Of a stretch of 64,000 bases of DNA, positions 1 through 12,972 are shown piece by piece. The position numbers were made by a program, and so were the translations under genes. Each line of letters opens with the position of its first letter. Position 1 is the stretch's first letter. The notes under the pieces are model-generated. The model was not told the DNA's origin, did not search any database, and worked only from the letters and a program-made list of their open reading frames with translations. The DNA comes from Nitrospirota bacterium (GTDB taxonomy: Bacteria; Nitrospirota; UBA9217), in NCBI GenBank assembly GCA_963749655.1, contig CAVVOB010000022.1:1-64000 (forward strand), read 5' to 3'.

Positions 1-2821
1 ATTCCCCAGGGCCTGAGATCTCAACACCACAGAACGACTTTTGTCACTTAAGGAAACAGCCTGTGCATGCTTTTCCAATGCAAGCGGAAATCGACCGAAT
101 GCTTGCCAAAATGATTCCGAGCATTGAATATGCAGAGCAGGCCAAATAGGATTCCTCTGAACGAGACAGGATCTCGGCAGCTTTTTCGCTTGCCTTCCGG
201 GCTGCGCGCAAGTTACAGGCGATGCGATGCATGGATGCGGCCAGGCTCTCGATGCGGCCTTCCAGCGCAGCTGCATTTTCGGTGGGGCAGGATTTGCGCG
301 CTTTTTCCAAAAAGATCAAGCCTCGCCTGGAACGGGACTGCAGGATTGAGGCAAATGCCATTTCCGCCCAAAGCATGGCTTTGGTCATATTGACTTCCCC
401 GGGCGGCCGGTTCCGGAAGAAGCTCAGTCCTTTCCTGCAGCACACTTCCTGCATGTGCAGATCGCCCAGGTGCTGATAGGACAATGCCAGCTGCATGTAC
501 ATGCGCGCTTTGAGTTCCGCGCTCACGGTCCTGCCTTTGGATATTTCCGTTTTCAGGAGGCGGATGGACTGTTTCGGGAGTCCCAGGGCAAACATCGTAT
601 CGCTGGCCTCGATTGCGGCTGCACAGATCTGGGAATCTGTCAAACCGTGCCTGTTTTTGAAGACATACTCAAAGCAATGAAGCGCCTTTTCGTGAGCGAA
701 TTCCGCGCGCGCCTGGATGGCAGCGTTCCGTGCATATTGAACCGCGATATCCCCTGCATGCCCCTCCATATAATGCATAGCCAATTCCTGGATATGACCT
801 TCTGCTCCTGTTTCCCTCCCAAGAACCTCGGCTATTTTTTGATGCATTTTCCGGCGGAACTTTTTCGGCAGATTTCCCCGGATCACCTCCGGGATGAGAG
901 AATGTACGAATTCCACGGTTTCCTCGGCGCTCTTCATTTCCGTTCGTGTCAGCTGCCGGCGGCTTAGCTCCTGCAATGCCTCCACTGTGAGGGAATCGCT
1001 CTGCGCCATCACTGAATTCAGAAGCGGTATGGGAACGCCGCCGTGAAACAAAGCCAGCCAGTTTGCCAAATCCCTGGCATGGGGAGACAATTGTTCAAAC
1101 CGCCTCAGCAGGACGGCGCTCACGCTCGCGGGTATTTCCAGCTTTTTCAGGTCCGATTCCGCAAATCTCCATCTGCCAAACTCACGGCACAGGAGCTTTT
1201 GTTCGACCAGGTGTTTCAGCATCTCCTCGAGAAAGAAGGGATTCCCGCCGACGCTCCTAAAGATCCAGTCTCCAAGCGTTGCCTTGAGTCTGCCGTCACC
1301 CGTCATTCCCTCGACCAGTTGTTCGACGCTTTCCTTTTCCAGGGGATCCAATGGAAGTACCTCGCCGCGTTCCTGACGGATCACCGAATCGAGCACTCTT
1401 CCCATGTTCCCCTTGATATCGTCACCTGAACGAAGGCTCACGCACATCAACACGGAATGCGATTGAATATCGGAGCTCAAATAGTCGAGAACTGTGCTGG
1501 TGGCCTCATCTGCGAGATGGAAATTATGCAACAGCAGCAGCGTCGGCCGCGACTTCATACGGCGGATCAATTCCCGCGTCAAAAGATCGCGGTATTGACC
1601 GGCTGCATATTCGGAGGAAACATCGAATAGTTCCGGCTCTTCCGTGCGCGGAGCATCCTGAAAGCGAAACAGCTCCTCTCCTTCATCGGGATCGCTATTG
1701 GCCAGAATCTGTCGATAAGGAGCATAGGAACCGGCTTCGCGGGCTCCACAAGAACCTTCCGCGATCCGCCAGCCTTCAAGAAGCGCCCAGCTTCTTAATT
1801 CTTCCATGCACCTGGTTTTTCCGGATCCAGCTTCGCCTGTAATAAACACGGTCCACCCGCGCCCGTTTTCCCGCACCCGCCTCGCGGATTCCTGAAGATG
1901 TGACATTTCTCTATCGCGGCCGACAAATTGCGGGGTGAAGAAATGGTTATCAAATTCCTTCGCGTCGATATTCAGCCAGTTGCGTCCCAGGGCATCGATA
2001 ATCAGCCGGATCACATCTTCCCCGGACGAGGGTCTTTTGTCCGGATCCTTGTCAAGCAGACCCTGCACCAGCGGGGATATGCGGCTTCCGCCTCGCATGC
2101 GTTCTATCGGGCGCAGATCCACGCTGCTCTGCAAATGCTTCTGTATTAAAAACTCGGGGTCTTCATCTTCAAATGGAAGCCGCCGCGTCAAAAGCTGATA
2201 CGTTAAGATCCCAAGAGAATACCAATCCGAGCTTTTGTTCGCCTGACTTCCCAAAAAGATTTCCGGAGCCGTATACGCCAGCGTTCCCATGCTTCTGCCC
2301 CGATACCCATTTCCTATTCCGTGGCTTAAACCGAAATCCATTAATTTGAGTTTTCCGATTCCCGCCGCACCGTTTGAAAGAATGACGTTGAAAGGATTCA
2401 GATGCCCGTGAGCGATGCCGCTCGAATGCAGGTATTGAAGCGCCCCGGAGAGATCCATCAAAATATGCAGTATGGTTTCAGCATCCAGATCCCCTGTCGC
2501 TGCGTACAGGTCTCTTCCCTGAATCCATTCGCGCGCCAGGAACAGGTCTCCTGAAGTATCCACAACTCCAAAATCCGTTATGCGCGCCAGGTTCGGATGG
2601 CTGAGACGGTGCAGAAGCGAGAACTCGCGGCTCGATGCGTTCTCCTGTCCGGGAGTGGACGCGGGCAGCCGCAGAATCCTCAATGCGATTCTTGTTCTCC
2701 CTCCCACGAGATCCGTGCAGAGATAGGCAGATCCCTCATCACTCGAGCTCAAGGGCCGTTCGATCTGGTACCGGTTGCCCACAATCAGGCCATTGCTGAG
2801 TTGTTTTCTTTCTTTGTTCAT
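1..2821 (-). CDS. Ser/Thr kinase-like + AAA (STAND-like) ATPase + TPR multidomain signalling protein; 3' end runs off the window
   Basis: Kinase motifs (HPNLARITD, DFG, GTLAYTAPE, SDWYSLG), Walker A GEAGSGKT, GGNPFFLEE and TPR-like helices. Start MNKERK follows a GGAG RBS. The stop at 44 is probably a frameshift, since another frame (GRFPLALEKHAQAVSL...QALGN) stays open to position 1. Confidence 0.85.
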
Positions 2822-3090
2822 GGCGGCTCCACTGAATGACAGGCTATAAGAAACAGGATGAGGCGCACCGGGCACTTAGAGCCCACCAGCATACGTTACC
2901 GTAATTGCGAAAGGCAGTACCCAGCCTTGCACCCTCCGCTCTGAGGGGATATTTGAAGAGAGAGGGATCTCCGATCTTTTCCCATTATAAAAAAATGTCC
3001 GCGTCATATACAACAAAACTCTGCAAGACACCTAAGTTTATAAATGCGAATTTCTTGACAGTCCGGTCGAATTCAATGAAACTGCCATCC

Positions 3091-4856
3091 ATGCCAAGGC
3101 TGTCGCGCGGATATCTTCTGCTTTGTCTGGTTCTATGCAATTCTCTCCTGCAATCCGTTTTTTGCACAGGAGCCTGAGACGAACCGATTTCCTTCGGATC
3201 AGAAACCTGACCGGCGTTCGCGGGGGGAACATTGTACTGGCCGTGAGTTCGGATCCGTCCAGTTTCAATCGAATGCTGGCATCGGGTTTGGCCAATACTC
3301 TCATCACGGACAGGCTTTCGGCGGATCTCGTGCATATCAACCGGAGCACTTTGCAGCTTGAACCTTCCCTGGCCACACGATGGGAAGCGGACAAAACCGG
3401 CCGGATCTACACAATCCATCTGCGGCGCGGCGTGCGGTTTTCAGACAACACTCCCTTCACTGCAGATGATGTCCTTTTTGCTTTTCAGACGCTGACGGAT
3501 CCCAAAATCGCATGCCCCCTGGCCGAGCAAATAGAAATCGACGGCGCAGTTCCCTTCCATGACAAAGATCGACGACTTCACCGTGCGGCTGTCGTTTCAG
3601 CGTCCCATTGGCATGGGGCTGAGGATGCTCGACTCCGTGCCGATTCTCCCGAAAAGGCGGCTGCTGAAGGCCTACCGGGAAGGCCGGTTCTCAGCAGCCT
3701 GGGGCCCCACGGTAAATCCGCAGGATGTTGCGGGCCTGGGGCCGTTTCGATTAAAGGAATATCAGCGAGGCATAAAAATCGTCCTGGAACGGAATCCTTT
3801 TTACTGGAAAAAGGATCGTGCAGGGATCACGCTCCCCTACCTGGACACGATCACGCTGCTGATCATTCCCGATTTTAATTCCGAAGCGCTCCGGTTCCGG
3901 CAGGGGGAACTCGACCTGATGAGCTCTCCATCGCTCAGTCCCGAAAACTATGCCATGCTCCGCCGCACGCAGCGAAACTATGTTCTGCGCGACCTGGGCC
4001 CCGGACTGACGATGGATTACTCTATGGTTCAATCTCAACCGCGGCGTCAACCGCCTGGGAAAACCGCACGTCGATCCGGAAAAACTGGCAATTTTTGAAA
4101 AACCGGAATTTCGCCGTGCCGTTTCTTATGCTCTCGACCGGAACGGGATGACTCGCTCCATCCTTCTCGGGCTCGGAGCTCCTCAATATGGACCGGTGAG
4201 TTCGGGAAATTCGCAATGGTATTATGTCGGGAATTTCAAGGACCGAATACAGCCTTGCGCGCGCCCGGGAATTGCTGGCACAATGCGGGCTAAAGGATAC
4301 GAACCGGGATGGGATTCTGGAATATGGCGGAAAGCGGCGCCCCTGGAATTGAGCCTGTTCACTTCGCGCGGGAACAACATACGCGAAAAAGCAGCCCAGA
4401 TTATTCAGGACAATCTTTCAAAAGTGGGGATTCGGGCCGGTATCCAGCATCTTCTTCCCAATGAGATTGCTTCACGTTTTCTTGAGCACGCTCGATTATG
4501 AAGCTATTTTGTTCGGATTCACGCCTACGGACGTCACACCGGATTTGCAGACGAACCTGTGGTACAGCAGCGGAAACATTCATTTCTGGCAGCCAAATCA
4601 GAACAAGCCGGAGCGGGCATGGGAAGCGACGATGGACATGCTGATCTCAAGGCTTGTCAACAGCACGAGCGCTGCCGAGCGGAAAGCCAGTTTCGACCAG
4701 GCGCAGGACATTTGGGCAAAGCAAATGCCGGCAATCCCAATCATCGCGCCCAACATCCTGGCCGGATGGAGCAACAAGCTGGATAACGTGCGCCCGTCGA
4801 TATTGGCGCCGCATCTTATCTGGAATGCCGAGGAAATCACAAAGCGGAGTCCCTAG
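3091..4856 (+). CDS. Peptide/nickel ABC transporter substrate-binding protein (SBP family 5), frameshifted
   Basis: Pieces 3123, 3559, 4148 and 4461 contain DPSSFN, LRRGVRFSDNTPFTADDV, GPFRLKEY and LERNPFYW; signal peptide from 3091. Confidence 0.9.
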
Positions 4857-4961
4857 CCCGCATCGTTCGCGAGGACCCGTGGTGCGGAGGGGACACGCCG
4901 GAGATTTTGAAAGTAGACGCGGACCCATTGAATCTTAAAACTATGCGAATAGCGGTTTTTC

Positions 4962-5932
4962 TTGCTGAAACGTGCGGCGCAACTCGTCCTGCTCTCGCTT
5001 CTCGTCGCGTTTGTAACATTCCTGCTGTCTTCCCTCATTCCGGGCGATTTTTTCAGCACGCACATTCTGGATTCATCGGTTCGCACGGAAACCGTGGAAC
5101 AACTGCGCCACGAATATGGGCTGGACGCACCTTTTTATATCCAGTACCTGCGCTGGCTGAAGAATCTGTTCCGGCTGGACCTGGGCTATTCCATGTTTTA
5201 TCAGAGACCGGTCTTGCAGGTTGTAGCCGATGCGCTGGCAAAGACGCTGTGGATGGGAATTCCTGCACTGGTTCTCGGTTTCGGACTGGGAATAATCATC
5301 GGGTCCGTGCATGGGATTTTCGGGCAACGTCTGACGGGGCGCCTGCTGGATTTTCTCTCTTCGATCACATTGTCTCTGCCATCGCTTTTGTTGGGATTGG
5401 CTGCTTTGCTTTTCGCCGCTCACACGCATTGGTTCCCGCTGGGAGGCATGAATTCCCTGGCAAACCCGAACGCCGGCTTCTGGCAGTGGACGATCGACCG
5501 CATCCATCACCTCATTCTCCCGGTTGTCTGCCTCACGATCCCGATTTTCGCTTATGTGGAACGCATCCAATATTCGGCGACAAGAAACGGCAGCGACGCG
5601 CTCTCATGTGCGCTTCGCCCGGTCTCGCGGATTGAGCCGTTCTCGCATCTTCTTTCAATATATCCTGCGTCCCGGGCTGAATCCGGTTCTTTCCATATCG
5701 GGACCGATGCTCGGGGGAATCCTCAGCGGCAGTCTTGTTCTCGAAGTAATTTTTGCGTGGCCCGGTCTTGGCCAGATCACATATGACGCTTTGTTCAACA
5801 GCGATCTATTCCTGTTGGCCGGCTGCGTACTTGGGCAGCAGCTTCCTTCTGGTCGTGGGAAATCTGCTGGCTGATTTTGCGCTGATGGCGTTCGATCCAA
5901 GGACGCGGTCTCATACATGGAAGGACTTGTGA
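4962..5932 (+). CDS. Peptide ABC permease (DppB/OppB-like), frameshifted
   Basis: GLDAPFYIQYLRWL, DLGYS, HLILP, ARSRGL and LEVIFAWPGLG motifs across two to three frames. Confidence 0.9.
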
Positions 5933-6972
5933 TGAGAAAACTGCGAGGCGTACATCTTGCGGCAGGATTCTTCGCTGTGTTGCTGCTGATATCCCTGTTC
6001 GCGGATTTTCTGTCTTCCAATCCACCCGCGATGCAGGACCTCGATACAGTTCTATCACCCGCCCGCGCGCATCCATTTTTTCGACGGGCAGGGGCAATTC
6101 CAAGAAACCGTTTATCTACAAGACGGAACTGAGTGATCCGCTGGATGCCTCCTATGAGGAAAACACCGCGGAAGCCTATCCCCTGGAATTTTTCTTCAAA
6201 GGATACCGATACACCATTTTAGGACTGTTCTCTTCAGACCGCCATCTGATAGGGCAGAGCCCAGTATCCCCGCTATTATCCTTTGGGCAGCGACGATTTG
6301 GGGCGCGATGTCCTGGCTCGCGTGCTGGCAGGAACCCGGACATCATTGTTGGTTGTCGGGCTCGGCATCATCCTTTATTCGGCCATCGGGCTTGCAGTGG
6401 GAGTATTTGCGGGTTTGTTCGGCGGATGGGTGGATTCTCTCCTCATGCGCTTTTCGGAATTTGTCCTGGCGCTCCCGGCTCTTTATCTGGTGCTGGCCTT
6501 GAGATCGATCTTGCCCATGCGCATTCCTTTTTTGCAGACCCTGATCTGGGTAGTCGCAGCCATCGCGGCGGTTGCGTGGCCTCCGATGGCTCGAGGAGTT
6601 CGTGGATTGATACTGCAGGTCAGAAACTCCGCTTATGTCGAAGCCGCCCGTTCGCTGGGCGGCACTCCGGCGCATATTTTCCTGCGCCACATGCTTCCCT
6701 CTCTGATGCCGTTTGTTCTAGCGCAACTGGCGGTTGCCGCTCCCGTTTTTCTTCTGGGCGAAATCGTCCTCTCATTCCTGAACGTAGGATTTCAGGATTC
6801 GGGAGAATCGTGGGGTTCCATGCTGCGAAGCCTGAAAGACACGCGCATCATCACGGACTTCTGGTGGAACCTTATGCCTCTTTGTATGGTATTTCTGACA
6901 CTGCTGAGCTTGAATGTTCTCAGCAGCTGCGTGCGCAAACGGGATCCTGAGGATCAGGTCATGCGGATCTGA
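5932..6972 (+). CDS. Peptide ABC permease (DppC/OppC-like), frameshifted
   Basis: LGSDDLGRDVLAR, EAA loop YVEAARSLG, LSFL, SWG; start overlaps the previous stop (TGATG). Confidence 0.9.
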
Positions 6973-7074
6973 TAGAATCAGGCTCCCAGAATCTATGATT
7001 GGCACAGAGCTACCTTGCCCCAACCAGACAGATTCTGAGGGCCTGATCCCATCGATGCTTCCAAGGGCAGCAGC

Positions 7075-7374
7075 TTATTTCTTTCCAGGGACAACTGCAT
7101 CCTTGCAGGCTTTGGCCACTCTGAACTTCACAACCGTTTTTGCCGGTATCTTGATAGTGGCGCCCGTCTGCGGATTGCGGCCCATTCTGGCCTTGCGCTG
7201 TGATTTTACCAGCTTGCCAATCCCCGGGATAATAAACTGGCCATTCTTCTTCGTCTCGACTACCGCGGTGGTCGCGATAATTTCGAGAATTCCGTTAGCC
7301 GCAGCTTTTGTAAGTTCGCACTTTTCTGCGATCAGCGTAACCAATTGTGCTTTCGTCATCACTTTACCAGCCAT
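7075..7374 (-). CDS. hup: HU family DNA-binding protein
   Basis: 99 aa basic protein with RKARMGRNPQTGATIKIPAK; GGAGG RBS. Confidence 0.95.
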   Translation of the reverse strand: MAGKVMTKAQLVTLIAEKCELTKAAANGILEIIATTAVVETKKNGQFIIPGIGKLVKSQRKARMGRNPQTGATIKIPAKTVVKFRVAKACKDAVVPGKK

Positions 7375-7665
7375 TCAGTTCCTCCAATGAAAGACGGTTA
7401 GGAATCTACTGGAAAACAGCAAACAAGCTAAAGACATTTTGCGGATATTCTGGAAAAAAGCAATGATGTTTTTTAAAAAAGCCCTTATTTATCAATATCC
7501 GCCAGCGATTTATGGGGCCGCAGCCAGAACTCACGCACGCCAAACGCCTCGATTTTCATCGGCAAACGGGCAACTTTTGATCACGATAGAACGAAAACGC
7601 AGCCGCTCGACCGATTCGAGGAATATCTCTTCCAGCTTCGCGCAGGATACAGGACTGACGCGCCT

Positions 7666-8256
7666 TTACGGCTGATAATACGGATTGCGGCCAGCCGCAT
7701 GATCCGTGGTATCGAGGACTTCCCCGACTTCCGGAATTCGTTCCCGGATCACTCTTTCTATTCCCATCTTGAGTGTCATCTTTGCCGATCCGCAGCCCTG
7801 GCAGCCGCCGCCGAGCTTGAGATAAACGGAGTTCTTCCTCACGTCGATCAGCTCCACAAAGCCTCCGTGATTTCCCAAAGCAGGATTGATTTCTGCTTCC
7901 AGAAGATTTTGCACCTTTGCGCGAATCTCGGCTTCGGACGGCATCGTCGTATCGAATTGAGCATCAACTGCGGGCTCGTTGGAACGAATGTGCTCCCTGA
8001 TTTTTGCTCCGATCTGCTTGCCGATCGCGGGCCATGGATCGAATCCGGCTTTCGTCACGGTCACCTGGTTTTCGGCAATCAGAATATTTTCGACTTCCGG
8101 GATTTCAAAAATCCGCTTTGCCAGAGGGGAATGCTCCGCCGTTTCCCGGTTTTTAAAATACGCGGAACCGCCCGCGTATACGGGACGGTCAATTGTGAAA
8201 CTGCATGCGGCCGGATTTACGGTCGGTTCGCCAACAATGGATATTTCTTTGTCCAC
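7666..8256 (-). CDS. NifU/NfuA-like Fe-S carrier (Nfu_N + NifU C-terminal domain)
   Basis: SPLAKRIF Nfu_N domain and INPALGNHGG...GGCQGC. GTG start after an AAGGAG RBS is preferred over the track start at 8319. Confidence 0.9.
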   Translation of the reverse strand: MDKEISIVGEPTVNPAACSFTIDRPVYAGGSAYFKNRETAEHSPLAKRIFEIPEVENILIAENQVTVTKAGFDPWPAIGKQIGAKIREHIRSNEPAVDAQFDTTMPSEAEIRAKVQNLLEAEINPALGNHGGFVELIDVRKNSVYLKLGGGCQGCGSAKMTLKMGIERVIRERIPEVGEVLDTTDHAAGRNPYYQP

Positions 8257-8420
8257 ACCTTTCTCCTTATATAATTCCAACAAATCAAGGTACCCGACAT
8301 GCGGCTCCCGTGTCAACACGCCCGAACAGCCTACGCAGGCCGCCGTGTCCTGAACTGGCGGTATTTCCTGCGACCGGAGAAATATTGCACCATAAAACCG
8401 GATTCCGATATGATAAGCGC

Positions 8421-10484
8421 ATGCCGATCAGAATTCATCGCACTGTCGTTTTAATTATTGCGGGTTTGTTTTCAAGTTATGCAATCGGGATCGGAGAACC
8501 GGAGCAACCGGCGCTGCACCTGATGCCCATGCCGAAGAGCCTTGTTCAGGCTCAGGGCCGCTTATCCATCGATAGCACATTTGATGTATGCCTGACTGGA
8601 CACGGAGATCCGCGAGTGCCGGCAGCCGCGGTCCGATTGCTGCAACGTCTTCAAAGGAAAACCGGCATCCCGCTATCCATGGCCCCCGTTGCGGATCCGA
8701 AAAAAGCAACCCTCGAAATACACTGCGCGGGACCGGGCGAGCCGGTCCAATCGCTTCGGGCCGATGAATCCTACACGCTGGATGTAACAGAGCAAAGCGC
8801 CCGGCTGGCTGCACCGTCGCCCATCGGCATCCTGCGCGGGCTGGAGACCTTTCTGCAGCTGATAAGCGCCGATGACAAATCCTTCTTTGTCCCCGCCGTG
8901 CAAATCAAGGATGAGCCTCGTTTTTGCTGGCGAGGATTGCTCATCGACGTCTCCCGCCACTGGGAACCGGCGGAGATCATCAAACGGAATCTGGACGCAA
9001 TGGCCGCGGCGAAGATGAATGTCCTGCACTGGCATCTGTCCGACGACCAGGGATTTCGCGTGGAGTCCAGGCGATTTCCAAAACTTCAGCTGGCAGCATC
9101 GGAGGGCAACTATTACACCCAGCAGGAAGTGCGGGAAATCATTGACTACGCGCGCGACCGCGGCATCCGGATCATTCCGGAATTTGACATGCCGGGCCAC
9201 ACGACGGCGTGGCTTGCAGCCTACCCCGAACTGGCAAGCGCTCCCGGACCCTACTCCATCGAGCGCGCCTGGGGAGTCTTTGATCCCTGCATGGACCCTA
9301 CATCCAAGAAACTCTATGATTTTCTGAATTCCTTTATCGATGAGATGGCCGGGCTTTTCCCCGACGAATATTTTCACATTGGAGGAGATGAAGTTAACGG
9401 CAGGCAATGGAACGCAAGTTCGCGCATCCAGGCTTTCAAGGTGCGAAAGAAGCTGCCGGATAATGCGGCGCTACAGGCCTATTTCAATCAGCGCCTGCAG
9501 CAAATTCTTGAGAAGCACCGCAAGAAAATGATCGGTTGGGATGAGATCCTCCATCCGGACCTGCCAAAAACCGTGGTAGTGCAGTCATGGCGAGGGCATT
9601 CCTATCTGGCAAGAAGCGCACGCCAGGGCTATGCCGGAGTTCTATCCTATGGCTACTATCTGGATCACATGCGGCCCGCCTCTTTTCACTATGACAACGA
9701 TCCCCTGGGCAAAGAGGCCGCAAGCCTGACAGATCAGGAAAAGTCGCTGGTCCTCGGAGGGGAAGCCTGCATGTGGAGCGAATTTGTCAATCCCGACAAC
9801 ATCGAGTCCAGGATCTGGCCGAGAACGGCCGCGATCGCGGAAAGGCTCTGGTCTCCCCGGGAAATCAGCGACGTACAGGACATGTACCGGCGTCTCGATT
9901 TCGTAAATGGAGAACTGGATGCATTGGGCCTGATGCACCGGGCCAACCCCATGAAGATGCTGCAGCGCATGTCCGGAGTCGAAAACATCGCATCGCTGAA
10001 AATGCTCGCAGACCTGCTCACAGCCCGCCAGGCTCGGCGTTCGCGTAAAAACCCGCACATACTCCAGTCTTGTGCCTTTGAATCGGATGGTGGACGCGGT
10101 TTTGCCGGAAAGCGAGATTGCCCGAAAGTTTGGCGATACCGTAGCCCGGGCGGTCGCAAACCCAGCCGGATCGACAGAGGATTTTCAGCAGATCCGCAGA
10201 TTGCTCTCTGCCTGGAAAGACAACTCGACCGGTTTGAAGCCGGTTATCGGAGCAGTCGTTTCTTCTCAAAGAGATCGAGCCTCTAACGGAGACGCTCTCC
10301 GAATCGACCGAGACGGGATTGCAGGCTCTGGATTATCTTGAATCGCGCCAGAGACCGCCTGAGGACTGGAAGGAAAAAGCGGCACTGACGCTTGAGCGCG
10401 CCGAAAAAACGCACTGCAGAAATGCTCATCGCAATCGCTCCCGCCCTGAAAGCACTCATCAAAGCGGCAAACGCGATTCCCTAG
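8421..10484 (+). CDS. Beta-N-acetylhexosaminidase (GH20), secreted; C-terminus frameshifted
   Basis: WRGLLIDVSRH, LHWHLSDDQ, PEFDMPGH, catalytic HIGGDE, GGEACMWSE and WPR; signal peptide. Confidence 0.95.
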
Positions 10485-10667
10485 CCCGGATTATTCACGA
10501 GATTTCATATGAGGCAGCGCAGGCGGGCATGGATACAATGCGCGCGACCAAGGGCTCCGCCGCAGTAGAACGCTGGCGAGAAATTCTGGCCAGGATTCAG
10601 GGGCATGCTCCTGCTGCCGCAATATAAGCAGGGAGAAAGAATTCAGGATCCGCTCTCTGCTGCCGAA

Positions 10668-12615
10668 ATGAACAATATGGAAATGGGAAGAGAGAGTTTG
10701 ATGAGCTTAAGGCGACGGGACAGTTGCCTTCGCCCACCGGCATCGCGATGCAGATCCTCAAGATGGCGCAGAGTGATGACGTCAGCGTAGCAGAAGTGTC
10801 GCGGCTCGTCCAGGGGGATCCGGCGCTGGCCGGACGCATTCTCAAACTGGTGAACTCGGCTCTCTACGCGGGATCGCGCCAAATCACGGCCATCTCCGAT
10901 GCCGTCGCCCGGCTTGGCCTGCAAAACGGTGTGGCAGGTTGCGCTGGGATTCTCCGTTATTTCAAATTATCGACGCGGCCGCTGCAGGAAATTCAATTAT
11001 GACGATTACTGGTCGCACTCGCTTGCCTCGGCAGTGGCGGCCCGGCGGATGGCAGAGAGCTCAGGGATTGCCCAGCCCGAAGAGGCTTTCACTTGTGGTC
11101 TGCTTTGCCAGACGGGACGTCTGGCTCTTACGTGCATCTTCCCGGAAGCATACTCCAATGTAATTGACGCAGCGCGTGGCGATGAGGCGGATTTGTTGAA
11201 CCTCGAGCAAAAGACATTTGCGCTGGACCATCGGGAGCTGCACGGCTGCAATCCTTCAGGACTGGGGACTGCCCAAATATCTGGGTGACCGCCGCCCGGT
11301 TCCAGGAAGATCCGGATGATCCGAATTTCCCCGTGGAAGCTGCCAGCACGGAAACTTGCGCTTCTCATGAATACATCGCAGATTTTCGGAACACTCTGCA
11401 TTGCGCATCCCGGCAAGCGCTACGCGTGGCGCCGAGAAGCTGATCGAGCAGGCGGAGCGGATCAAGATCAGCAAGGAAGACCTATTTGCCTTGTGCGACG
11501 GCAGTGTGCGCGACTGGACGAACTGGGGCGGGATGTTGGACGTAAAAACGTTCAATGTGCCTTCGCTTGGGAGCATCACGAAAGAGACACATCCGGATTG
11601 AGGCCAAAGAACCGACGGACGGTGAAGCAGTCTCGCGGCGAAAGCGCCAGGCTCCGCGTTCTGGTGATTGATCCGGACCCCAAGACCGTCGAAGCCGTTC
11701 GCGCTTGCCTGCCGCCGGAAGCCAGCATCCAGACGGCAGGATGCGGCACCGATGCTCTCCGGCTCACGCTCGAGTTCGATCCGCAAATAATTCTGACTGA
11801 GTGGGAAGTGCCCGGATTGAGCGGCGTAGGAGCTTTGCCGATCGCTTCGCCAGACAAAGACAGGGCAGCAGATCTATATTCTGGTTTTAACGCGAATGTT
11901 TAACGACGAACAGCTGACGGCAGCTCTCGAAGCCGGAGCCAATGAGTATGTCATGAAAACCCATCATTCCGAGAGTGCTTGAGGCAAGAATCAAGGGCGC
12001 CTTGCGCATGATCGGATTGCAGCAGGAAGTTCTCCGCGACAAGGAACAGATCCGACAAAACCTCGCGGACATGGCCGTGTTGAACCGCACACTGGAGCAG
12101 GCGGCGCTGACCGACTCCCTGACCGGTTTGCCGAACCATCGCTATGCGCAGGACCGGTTGAACGAAGAGTGGGCGGCATCCATGAGCGAATGGCAATCCG
12201 TTAACGCTGATGATTCTGGACCTGGATCATTTCAAGAGAATCAACGACACATACGGCCATGACGTCGGCGATGTTGTGCTGAAGGAGGTCGCGGCGATGC
12301 TGCGGAAGTCGCTCAGGGCGATGGACATTGTCTGCCGGATCGGAGGAGAGGAATTCCTGGTCATTTGCCGCGATACGGACTCAAACAATGCATGCCGTTG
12401 TCGCGGAGCGGCTGCGGCAATCCGTCGAAGCAGGCTGCATTACGGCTGGCGGCAGCCGACATCAAAGATCACCATCAGCATCGGCGTCGCCTCAAAGGAC
12501 GCCGGTACCCAGGATGTCCAGACGCCTCATGAAAAACGCAGACCTCGCCACCTACCAATCCAAGACATCCGGAAGAAACCGGGTCACTATCAGGCGCGGC
12601 TCAGTCCCGCCTTAG
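10668..12615 (+). CDS. HDOD + receiver-like + GGDEF diguanylate cyclase, multiply frameshifted
   Basis: LPSP...DPALAGRILKLVNS (HDOD); LRVLVIDPD receiver-like segment; TDSLTGLPN, DLDHFKRINDTYGH and RAMD..GGEEF (I-site present). Confidence 0.85.
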
Positions 12616-12638
12616 GGCCTGGCAATGAATAAAGGTTA

Positions 12639-12899
12639 CTACCAGGCCCTTAGCATAGCTACCGTGGAGCCGTGATCCATTTCATCGCGGTAGGCAACCA
12701 CGCTCGTATGCTTTTGCAAAACAGAGTGGACAATACTGCGCTGCACTCCGATGCCCCGGCCGTGAATGATGCGGACTTCCCGGTAGCCTTTGAGCACCGC
12801 CTGATACAGATATTCCTCGACCAGATCTGCGATTTCCCTTGGCAGGAATGTGTGCAGGTCTATTGTATCTTCAATAGGCAAATCCACGGATTCATCCAT
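12639..12899 (-). CDS. Smr/MutS2 C-terminal domain protein
   Basis: IDLH and IIHGRGIG motifs, GSTV; 86 aa stand-alone Smr domain. Confidence 0.9.
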   Translation of the reverse strand: MDESVDLPIEDTIDLHTFLPREIADLVEEYLYQAVLKGYREVRIIHGRGIGVQRSIVHSVLQKHTSVVAYRDEMDHGSTVAMLRAW

Positions 12900-12972
12900 C
12901 TTTGATCCTTCCGGAATTAACTCCTTGATTTTAGCCGGCCTCTCTGCTCATTTTTAATCAGGGGGAAACACA

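Noticed and set aside
8260-8410. Riboswitch upstream of the nfuA-like gene
   Set aside because: Hairpins are present but match no aptamer consensus I recognise; a TTGACA-type promoter explains the region.
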